DNA from: Mobula hypostoma
Taxonomy: Eukaryota
Direction: 5' to 3'
DNA length: 64,000 bases
NCBI RefSeq assembly: GCF_963921235.1
Contig: NC_086108.1
Coordinates: 74,960,001 to 75,024,000, forward strand
The position numbers and the translations under genes were made by a program. The notes beneath the pieces were generated by a model. The model did no database searches and was not told the origin of the DNA. It saw nothing but the letters and a program-made list of their open reading frames with translations. Shown here one piece after another: positions 51,392 to 61,666 of the stretch (position 1 is its first letter; each line of letters begins with the position of its first letter).

Positions 51392-53208
51392 CAGGGGTGG
51401 CCAACCTTTTACATTCCATGCATCAATCTTTTCACTCACGAGTTCAGATGCGCCATACAACTCTTGTACCCCCATTCAATTCTTGTAAAACTATGTTAAT
51501 ATAGACATATTTAGCATTTTTATACTTTTCTTTATTGTCGCCAAACAATTGATACTAGAACGTACAATCATCATAGCGATATTTGATTCTGCGCTTCCCA
51601 CTCCCTGGATTACAAATCAATAGAAAATATTAAAAATTTTAAATTATAAATCATAAATAGAAAATAGAAAAATGGAAAGTAAGGTAGTGCAAAAAAAACC
51701 GAGATGCAGGTCCGGGTATTTGGAGGGTACGGCCCATATCCGGGTCAGGATCCGTTCAGCAGTCTTATCACAGTTGGAAAGAAGCTGTTCCCAAATCTGG
51801 CCGTATGAGTCTTCAAGCTCCTGAGCCTTCTCCCGGAGGGAAAAGGGACCAAAAGTGTGTTGGCTGGGTGGGTCGTGTCCTTGATTATCCAGGCAGCACT
51901 GCTCCGACAGCGTGCGGTGTAAAGTCAGTCCAAGGACGGAAAATTGGTTTGTGGGATATGCTGAGCTGTGTTCAAGATCTTCTGCAGCTTCTTCTGGTCT
52001 TGGACAGGACAACTTCCATACCAGGTTGTGATGCACCCTAGAAGAATGCTTTCTACGGTGCATCTATAAAAATTAGTGAGGGCTTTAGGGGACAGGCCAA
52101 ATTTCTTTAGTTTTCTCAGGAAGTAAAGGCGCTGGTGGGCCTTCTTGGCAGTGGACTCTGCTTGGTTGGACCAAGTCATGTCATTTGTGATATTGACCCC
52201 GAGGAACTTAAAGCTTTTGACCTGTTCCACTTGCGCACCACCAATGTAAATTGGGTCATGCGGTCCGCTACTCCTTCTGAAGTCAACAACTAATTCCTTC
52301 GTCTTGCTGACGTTGAGGGATAAGTTATTGTCTTCGCACCATGCCACCAGGTTCTTAATTTCCTCTCTGTACTCAAACTCATCATTACCTGAGATACGGC
52401 CTACAATTGTTGTGTCATCAGCAAACTTATATATTGAGTTCGATGGAAACTTGGCTACACAACACAACATCAGACTGACAATCATGGGTGTCCAGAGAGT
52501 ACAGCAGGGGGCTGAGTACACAGCCTTGTGATGCACCGGTATACATGATATATTGATTTAATATAAAAACAAGATAAACATTACTTACCTTAATGAGACT
52601 TTTAACAATATATTTTGTCTTCTTTTGATTTCTTCCTTTTTCTTAATCACACATTCTCTCCATAACTCAGACCCAAGCACTAGCTTCAGTTTTCCTTCTA
52701 TTATTGATATTGTGTCTGATATTGTGCTTTATAGCATCTATTAAGATCATGTCTTCTATTATGTGAGACAGTGTTTTCACAAACAATGCACAATGGTTTT
52801 CCTGACGGACCCACTATAAATAAGAACTCACTTTCCCACTGTTCATTGAATTCACACTTACTATCACTTTCTGCTTTTCTTTTGCTCATTTTCTTTTGCA
52901 TTGTGATGGGTAACTGAGTGTAAAAACAAGGCTTAATTTTCGAAAAAGTACAAAACTGAAAATGTTCACAAAGGACGAACAAAGCACGACTCCGTAGTGC
53001 ACGAGTGTCAATTGTAAACTGACTGGCAAAACCCTGCGACACACCGACATTCCTGTTGTAGATTTTTTTTCCTACAAATCGGTTTTTGGTTAATACTTTT
53101 TGCATGAGTAGGCTTACTTTTTTATTATTATCACTGGGGTGCAATGCACCACTTCTAATCATCCAATGGGCCACTTTTGGCGCATGCGCCATGGGTTGGC
53201 CATCCCTG
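51392..53208 (-). mobile_element. Internally deleted hAT transposon (Buster/SPIN/GTF2IRD2-like)
   Basis: TIRs CAGGGGTGGCCAACC / GGTTGGCCATCCCTG; 8-bp TSD GTGTATGT/GTGTATGG; transposase N-terminus MSKRKAESDSKCEFNEQWESEFLF..KPLCIVC. Confidence 0.85.
51526..52539 (-). mobile_element. Rex1/Babar LINE 3' portion nested in the hAT
   Basis: YKFADDTTIVG, LSLNVSKTKELVVDFRR and QRLYFLRKLKKF motifs; TATAC on both flanks (51521-51525, 52540-52544). Confidence 0.88.
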
Positions 53209-55310
53209 GTGTATGGTGTTGCGTGGGATCTGGGATTAGCCATGATAGAATGGTGGAGCAGACTCGATCGGCAAAATAGTCTAATTCTGCCTCTATGTCT
53301 TATGGTCTTAAGGCATATAGCATGCTTGTCTTTATTAAAACATAGAATATTAAACATACATTGCAGTACATTCCCTTTGGCCCACAATGACACGATGACG
53401 TATATAAACCTACTTCATGATCAATCTAGCCCTTCTCTCCTACATAGCTCATAACTCTCCATTATTCTAACATCTTTCTTACATGGAGCTTGGAATAGCG
53501 ACCAATCAGGAGATCAGAAGCGTGAGAGGATGGAATTTCACTCAAGTTCACTGTGTATAAAAGGCAGCAACTTGCGGCTGTATTTTGGAGCTTTTACGAG
53601 CAACCAAGAACAAATTAAAGTAAGGCAATAGCAAGCGGAGTAGCCTTCACTGGAGTGGACAGTTAGAGTGGAGATTTTGAGGCTCTTTGAGCTCTTTGAG
53701 GTTTCAGCGAGAAGAGGCTTCAGTCAGAGAAGATAAAAAAGGAAAAGATGTTGGTAGAGTTTTTTCTCCCCCTACTTTATATTTGCTCGGTTGGAACTGT
53801 AGAGATGCCAGGCAGGACAGTGGAGTGCTCCTCTTGCAGGATGTGGGAAGGCAGGGAGACCTCCAGTGTCCTTGACCACTACAAGTATGAGAAGTGAATC
53901 CAGCTGCAGTTTCTAAAACTCCGTGTTAGGGAGTTGGAGTTGGAACTGCATGAACTGCAGATCATTTGGGAGACTGAAGAGGTGACAGACAGGACATATA
54001 GAGAAGTAGTTGCATCCAAGGTGCAGGACACAGGAAACTGGGTGACAGTCAGGAAGACGAAAAGGGTTAAGGAACCAATGCATGGGTAGGATGAGTGACG
54101 AGGTTCTGCATGGGGAGTTAAGTGCTAAATTAAAGGGCAGGACCTCTGGGGTTATGATCTCTGGATTGCTACCTGTGCCACGAGCTAGTGATGGCAGAAC
54201 TAGGAAAACACGTGGCTAAGGAGTTGGTGTAGGAGGGAGGGCATAAGATTTTTGGATCATTGGGCTCTCTTCCAGGGAAAGTGGGACCTGTAGAGAAGAG
54301 ATGGTTTGCACTTAAACTGGAGAAGGACTAGTATCTTAGTGGGTAGGTTTGCTAATGCTGCAAGGTGGGGTTTAAACTAGAGTTGCAGGGGGATAGGAAC
54401 CACAGTGCCAGATCAGTTGGTGGAGAAGTTGTAGAGACAGATGTTGGTAAGATTTCAGACAAAGTCAGGAATCAAATGGTGCAACTAATGTCCTGAGCTG
54501 CGTAAATTTCAATGCAAGAAGTATTGTAGGAAAGGCGGGTGAGCTCAGGGCATCCATCAACACCCAGAATTATGATATTGTAGCCATTAGTGAAAGTTGG
54601 TTGTAGGAGGGGCAGGACTGGCAGCTCAATATTCCGGGGTTCCATTGTTTTAAACGTGACAGAGCGGGAGTGATTAAAAGAGGAGGGGTGGCATTACTGG
54701 TCAGGGAAAATATCATGGCAGTGCTCCGTCAGGACATACTGGAGAACGCGACATGTAAGGCATTATGGGTAGAATGGAGAAATAAGAAATGTATGACCAC
54801 ATTAATGGGGTTATATTGCAGACCACCCAACAGTCCAAGGGATTTAGGGGAACAAATTTGTAAAGAGCTGGTAGACAGTTGAAAGAAACATAAGGTTGTT
54901 AAAGTAGGTGATTTTAACTTTCCGGATATTGACTGGGAACCCCATATTGTAAAAGGATTAGATGGGATAGATTTTCTCAAATGTGTTCAAGAACATTTCC
55001 TTCATCAGAACGTAGCAGTCCCAACGACAGAGCGTGGATATTGGATCTGCTATTAGAGAATGAGGCAGGGCAGATGACAGAAGTTTGTGTAGGGGAACAC
55101 TTTGCATCTAGTGACCACAATGCCATTAGTTTCAAAGTAAACATGTGAAAAGGTAGGTCTGGCCCAAAGGGTTGCGATTCTAAATTGGAGAAAAGACAAC
55201 TTTGATGGTGTCAGCACGAGGAAATCAGCAGAATTTCAAGCAACACACATAAAATTTCACATAAAAATTGCTGGTGAATGCAGCAGGCCAGGCAACCTCT
55301 ATAGGAAGAG

Positions 55311-55348
55311 TAGTCGATGTTTCAGGCTGAGACCCTTCATCAGGACTA
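55311..55348 (-). ncRNA. Minimal type I hammerhead ribozyme (AUC cleavage triplet)
   Basis: UAGUC-CUGAUGA-AGGGUCUCAGCCU-GAAAC-AUC-GACUA. Confidence 0.7.
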
Positions 55349-56586
55349 ACTGAAAGAAGGGATAGTAAGAGATTTAAAAGTGAGAGGGGGAGGGGGAGAT
55401 CCAAAATGATAGGAGAAGACAGGAGGGGAAGGAATGGAGCCAAGAGCTGGAAAGTTGATTGGCAAAAGGGATAGGAAAGGATCATGGGACAGGAGGCCTA
55501 GGGAGAAAGAAAGGGGGAGGGGGGAATTCCAGAGGATGGGCAAGGAGTACAGTGAGAGGGACAGAGGGAGAAAAAGAGAGAGAGAGAAAAAAAAAAATAA
55601 TAATAAATAAATAAAGGATGGGGTACGAAGGGGAGGTGGGGCATTAATGGGAGTTAGAGAAGTCAATGTTCATGCCATCAGGTTGGAGGCTACCCAGATG
55701 GAATATAAGATGTTGTTCCTCCAACCTGAGTGTGGCTTCATCTTGACAATAGAGGAGGCCGTGGATAGACATATCAGAATGGGAATGAGACGTGGAATTA
55801 AAATGTGTGGCCACTGGGAGATCCTGCTTTCTATGGCGGACAGAGAGTAGGTGTTCAGCGAAACGGTCTCCCAGCCTGCGTCAGGTCTCGCCAATATTCC
55901 ATCCACCCCATCCTCCCGCCACCCCACTAGGAATAGGGTTCCCCTTGTCCTCACCTACCACCCCACCAGCCACCAGGTCCAACATATAATTCTCCATAAC
56001 TTCCGCCACCTCCAATGGGATCCCACCACTAAGCACATCTTTCCCTCCCCCCTCTCTCTGCTTTCCGCAGGGATCGCTCCCTACGCGACTTCCTTGTCCA
56101 TTCATCCCCCCCCATCCCTTCCCACTGATCTCCCTTCCAGCACTTATCCTTGTAAGCGGAACAAGTGCTACACATGCCCTTACACTTCCTCCCTCTTCAC
56201 CATTCAGGGCCCCAGACAGTCCTTCCAGGTGAGGCGACACTTTACCTGTGAGTCGGCTGGGGAGATATATTGCTTCCGGTGCTCCAGATGCGGCCTTCTA
56301 TATATTGGTGAGACTCGACGCAGGCTGGGACCGTTTCGCTGAACACCTACGCTCTGTCCGCCAGAGAAAGCAGGATCTCCCAGTGGCCACACATTTTAAT
56401 TCCACGTCCCATTCCCATTCTGATATGTCTATCCACGGCCTCCTCTACCGTCAAGATGAAGCCACCCTCAGGTTGGAGGAACACACCTTATATTCCGTCT
56501 GGGTAGCCTCCAACCTGATGGCATGAACATTGACTTCTCTAACTTCCGTTAATGCCTCACCTCCCCTTCGTACCCTATCCATTATC

Positions 56587-56587
56587 C

Positions 56588-56633
<46 letters not shown>

Positions 56634-56635
56634 TT
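56587..56635 (+). repeat. (CTAT)n microsatellite within the Penelope arm
   Basis: Direct read of tandem CTAT units. Confidence 0.95.
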
Positions 56636-56907
56636 ATTTATTTATCATTAATTAATTATTATATATTTTTTTTCTCTCCCTTTTTCTCCCTCTGTCCCTC
56701 TCACTATACTCCTGCCCCATCCTCTGGGATTCCTCCCTCCCTCTTTATTTCTCCCTAGGCCTCCTGTTCCCTGATCTTTTCATATCCCTTTGGTCAATCA
56801 ATTTTCCAGCCCTTGGCTCCATCCCTCCCCCTCCTGTCTTCTCCTATCATTTTGGATCTCCCCCTCCCCCTCCCACTTTCAAATCTCTTACTATCTCTTC
56901 TTTCAGT

Positions 56908-56945
56908 TAGTCCTGACGAAGGGTCTGGGCCCGAAACGTCGACTG
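56908..56945 (+). ncRNA. Minimal type I hammerhead ribozyme with intact core
   Basis: UAGUC-CUGACGA-A-GGGU(CUGG)GCCC-GAAAC-GUC-GACUG; predicted cleavage after 56940. Confidence 0.8.
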
Positions 56946-57506
56946 TACCTCTTCCTATAGATGCTGCCTGGCCTGCTGTGTTCACCAGCAACTTTTATTT
57001 GATGGTGTCGGAAATGATTTGGCCAGTGTGGATTGGGACTGGCTGTTTTTGGCAAAGGTGTACTTTGTAAGTAGGAAGCCTTCAAAAGTGAAATTTTGAG
57101 AGCACAAAACTTGTACGTGCCTATCAGAATTAAAGGTAAAGATAACAAGTGTAGGGAACCTTGGTTTTCAAGAGATATTGAGGCCCCGGTTAAGAGAAAA
57201 AAAGAGGTACATAGCAGGTATAGGCAGGTAGGAACATTGAGGTGATTATGGAGTATAAGAAATACAAGAGAAAACTTAAAGAAGAAATCAGGAGGGCTAA
57301 AAGAAGGCATGAAGTTGTTCTAGCAGACAAGGTAAAGAAGAATCCTAAGGGATTCTGCAGATATGTTAAAAGCAAAAGGACTGCAAGGGACAAACTTGGT
57401 TCTCTGGAAGATCAGAATGGGAATCTATGTGTGGGGCAAAACAGATGGGAGGACATTTTAAATACGTTTTTATGCATTTGTATTTACTCAGGAGACAGAC
57501 TCAGAG

Positions 57507-57934
57507 TGTTACCGGGTTCGGATATGGCCCAAGTGCAAAGTTGGAGACACTGAAGCAGGTCGATAGTTCACAAACTTCATTGTGAACAGTGTTAAAGAGA
57601 AAATAAACAATAAACACTAGGCCAAAAGGGGCCGTTAACTAAAACTCTCAGATGGGAAACGAAGCCTATACGGCGGCTGAAAAGAAAATCTGAACATTAA
57701 ACAAATACTGCTAGTCTTCGAAGTCAGGTTGATTCAAAAATCCAATTTCTCAGGGAAGACCAAAAGCAAAACAAGCAGCGAAGCATTGCCGTGCTCTGTC
57801 CAAGTCTCGATATGCACTACGACAACAAGTATGGAGTTAAATACTATCACGATTAAATAATAATTAGCTGAGACATGCAAATTCACAAGCGCAATTGCCG
57901 TATCTACTGTGCTGCCGAATCCGTTGTTGTGACG
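57507..57934 (-). mobile_element. Solo LTR (428 bp)
   Basis: TGTTAC...GTGACG termini; perfect 5-bp TSD CAGAG (57502-57506, 57935-57939); interrupts CR1 ORF2. Confidence 0.8.
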
Positions 57935-58310
57935 CAGAGTCTACAGAAGTGAGGCAAAGCAGCATTAATTTCATGGACCATGCACAGTTTACAGAGGAGG
58001 AGGTGTTTTTGCTATCCTGAAGCAAATCAGGATGGATAATTCCACAGGGCCTGACAAGGTGTTTCCTCGGACCCCACGGGAGGCAAGTGCAGAAATTGCC
58101 AGCCCAGAGGATTGAAGGATAGCTAATGTTGTTCCACTGTTTAAAAAAGACTCTAAACATAAACCAGGAAATTATAGGCCAGTGAGTCTGACATCAGTTG
58201 TGGGAAAGTTATTGGAAGGTATTCCAAGGGACTGGATATATATGTATTTTATATGTATTTGGATAGACATGGACTGATAAAGATAGTCAGCATGACTCTG
58301 TGCATGGTAG

Positions 58311-58460
58311 GTTACAGTAGCATAGTGGTTAGCACAATGCTTTACAGTACAGGAGACCCGGGTTCAAGTCCTGCTGTGGCCTGTGAGGAGTTTAAATAGT
58401 TTTGGCATGGTCTAGATGGGTCAAAGGGCCTTTTTCTGTGCTTTACTTCTCTATGACTTT
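58311..58460 (+). mobile_element. tRNA-derived SINE, internally deleted (HE1-like)
   Basis: Box A TAGCATAGTGG, box B GGTTCAAGTCC and a CR1-like 3' tail. Confidence 0.6.
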
Positions 58461-60044
58461 ATCTATGTGCATATTTAAGAGTCTCATAAAATGTTCCTAT
58501 TGTATCCTCCACTACTACCACCTCTGGCAGTGTGTTCCACTCTCTGTGTGAAAAACCTACACCTGACATCTCCCCAAAACCTTGTTCCACTCACTTTAAA
58601 TGGATGTCCTCTGGTATTGCCACCTTGGGAGAAAGGTGCTTGTTGTCCACCCTACCCATGCCTCATATAATCTTATATACCTTTATCATGTTACCTCTCA
58701 TCCTCCTTCACTCCAAAGAGAAAAGGCCTAGCCCAATCAACCTTTCCTCATACAGAATTGAGTTCAAGAGCTTGGATGTTATGTTGCAGCTTTATAAAAC
58801 TCGAGTTAGGCTGCACTGGAACATTGCAATTAATTCTGGTTACCTCATTATAGTAAGGATTTCAAAGATTTGGAGAGGTTTCAGAAGAGGTTTACTGGGA
58901 TTCTGTCTGGATATGAGGGTATGCTTTATAAGGAGAGGCTGGACAAGTTTGAGTTGTTTACCCTGAAGCACTGGAAGCTGATAGAGGCTTATAATCTTGT
59001 GTGAGGCAAAAGTAGAGTAGACAGCTAGTATCTTTTGCCAAAGGTTGAAATGTCTAATACTAGAGGAACTGGTAGGATATGGATAGCATGTAGGTAGAAT
59101 GGATTAATTTAGGTGGGCATTTGAGTACAGCCTGTTCCTGTATTGTACTGTTCTATGTTCCATGTAAGATAAAGCTCATTGTGTCTGTTATGTACAGAAT
59201 CTACAATGAGCTCTTTGGCTACTGAGGATGTCAGTTGAGGAGGAATCCAACAATAACTTTCCCTGTGGCAGACAGCAGAGACATTCTGTACGGCTGTGAT
59301 TACTGCAAATGGAGCCATCTTCCCTCAAACTTCTTGACAGTCGTGAACTGAATCTTTTGTGATTCTGCAGCTGTGTTGATATTACTGAATGTTGATGAGA
59401 TAAGGGAAGGTGCTGATAGCAGTTTGGTTCTGGGGCTGCTGTGCTGCCAGTGTTCCTGTCGACAGTAGCAGGTACGAAGTACTTTGGGAATTCTGGCTGC
59501 AAGAGGTTCTTATCATTGAAATGACTATGATCTGATTTTGGAACGAGAATGACATTGCATCATGGACCTGCTATCATTCACAATAGGTGTCACAGAGTAA
59601 TACAGCATAGAGTATATAAGCATGGATACAGGCCCTTCAGCCCAACTAGTCCATGCTGACCAAGGCATCCATTAGTCCAATTTGCCTGTATATTGTCCCA
59701 TGCCCCTCTAAATCTTTTTCTATCAATGTACCTGTCCAAGTGTCTTTTAAATATTATTGGAGATGTAAGAGTTTGCAGATGCTTTAAATCTGGAGCAACA
59801 CAAAAATGGTGGATGAACTGAGCAGATTAGGCAGCATTAATGAAGGAAATTGTGCAATCAACATTACAGGTGGCCTCTTGATGGGCCTTAACTTGAAACA
59901 TCAACTGTCCAATTCCCTCCGTAGATGCAAAGGAAGCAGAATTAGGCCATTTGTCCCATCGAGTCTGCTCCACCATTCTGTCATGGCTGATTTATTATCC
60001 TTCTCAATCCCATTCTCATGCCTCTTTCCTACAACCTTTCACAC

Positions 60045-60625
60045 TGTCAGTACCTCCAGTTGAACTCTGTATTTTTGTGTGTTTTCCCCCTAGGTCTCAT
60101 TCTTTGTTTTTGTGTTGCCATGTGCTCTTGTTTGTTTTCATGCCCCATGTGCTCCTGTCCCTGTCCCTGCTCTACTCTGGCCCCTGTATCACTAATTACT
60201 CCGTCTCTCACCTGTTTCTCATTATTACCTGTATTGCTGCCACCTGTGTCTCACTGTGCTCCACCTATCATCTGCCTCTCTGTGTATTGCTCAGTGTATT
60301 TGTCCCGTGTTTTTCACCTGTGTTTTGCCAGATTGTGTCAATGAGTTTTCCTGAGCCTTTCCCACATTCATATCTAAACTCTGTCCTTCTGAGTATCAAC
60401 CCTGCCTGTTTGCTGATGCTGATTTCGCCTGTTTATCTTGATTCTTCTGGTTTTTGACTCTGCCTATTTCTTGATTCTTATACAGTATTTGGATTTCTCT
60501 GGATTTTTTGATCTCTGCCTGAACTTTGACGCCGACTTTGTTGCCCCTTTGGATTTGTTACTGAATAAATATCAGTGTGCACAGTACTTGATCTGTGATT
60601 GGGTCCCTACTCCAGCACCCTGACA
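60045..60625 (+). repeat. 5' LTR of the Gypsy element
   Basis: Perfect inverted termini TGTCAG...CTGACA; AATAAA at 60564-60569. Confidence 0.88.
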
Positions 60626-60980
60626 GTACAACCTGGCCAGAATGGGATCCAGCAGAACCCAGTCGTCTGAGAGCTGCCCTGGAACAACAGGGAGTGATGT
60701 TGGAGAGATACCAGAACCAGCTGGAGTCTGTGCTCAGGGCAGTGGAGTCACTTTCTGCCTATGTAGCTGATCTTGTGGCTCAGACTCAGTCACTCCAGCT
60801 GTCCCAGAGGGCCCATCAACATTCTGCGACTGCATCTTCTGCCCTGCCCTCCGTGTCCTCGCATGCTCCTCCCATCCAAGAGCCCCATCTGCCTCCTCTA
60901 GAGAAGTACTCAGGTCAGTCTTGTACCTGCCGTTCTTTTCTTTCCCAGTGCACACTCATTTTTGAATTACAACCAACAAA

Positions 60981-61666
60981 GGGGAGGAGAAGATGACGCA
61001 GCACACATGGCCGCTCCGAGATGGTATCGTATTTGTTAAATAGGAGCCGTGCACAATCCTGATTTGATGAAGACAGACGTAAGAAGCATGGAGGAACATC
61101 TGGAGAAACTTCTGAAATGCCTGCTTTGCTGCCGCTGCTACTGTGCGATTGAGAATCTCCAGAGGGGCAGGCCTCAAATCCTCGGCTTTGCCTATTGCCT
61201 GTTGCCAGGGCTGGGGTTGAAGCGCTCGGCAGAGATGGTGCTCGGTGCTCGGTGTCGGAGGGCTGGTCGGAGGCTCGAAGTTTTCCAACGGACTCAGAGT
61301 CGGACTGTGGTCAGGTGTTTCCAGGATGCTGCATCGGCAAGTTTGCAGCACTGGAAGCTCATGACAAGAAGAGTTTCTCCCTTCAACCAACTGCGTGAGA
61401 TGATGGGACTTCCGAGAGACTTTGAGACTTTTTTTTTTACCGTGCCCATGGTCTGTTCTTCATCAAGTGATGGTATTGCTTTGCACTGTTGTAACTATAT
61501 GTTATAATTATGTGGTTTTTGTCGGTTTGTTTTAGTCTTGGTTTGTCTTGTGTTTCTGTGATATCATTCTGGAGGAACAAATTGTATCATTTCTTAATGC
61601 ATGCATTGCTAAATGACAATAAAAGAGGACTGTGTGTCCTCATAATCTAATCTAATCTAAATCTAA
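60981..61666 (+). mobile_element. Non-autonomous retroelement, copy 3, inserted in gag
   Basis: Starts GGGGAGGAGAAGATGACG and ends AATAAAA-GAGGAC-TGTGT-GTCCTC-A(TAATC)n. Confidence 0.85.

Larger units (their letters stand above)
55213..56997. mobile_element. Inverted (head-to-head) Penelope-like insertion
   Basis: Minus arm 55213-55897 and plus arm 55898-56997; GIY-YIG motif FTCESAGEIYCFRCSRCGLLYIGETRRRL; 12-bp TSD TTTGATGGTGTC (55201-55212, 56998-57009). Confidence 0.9.
53480..58310 (+). mobile_element. Degenerate full-length CR1-clade LINE hosting Penelope and solo-LTR insertions
   Basis: ORF1 zinc-finger/esterase remnants at 53.8-54.4 kb, endonuclease GGVALLVREN..YCRPP, and NYRPVSLTSVVGK at ~58170. 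Confidence 0.85.

Noticed and set aside
52701..53393. 230-aa ORF as a host gene (GTF2IRD2/EPM2AIP1-like)
   Set aside because: Chimeric read-through of a CR1 tail, hAT TIR and truncated transposase; no catalytic domain.
59371..59471. Splice-bounded + strand segment with a signal-peptide-like stretch VLIAVWFWGCCAASVP
   Set aside because: In-frame TAA between the ATGs and the hydrophobic stretch; all frames contain stops.
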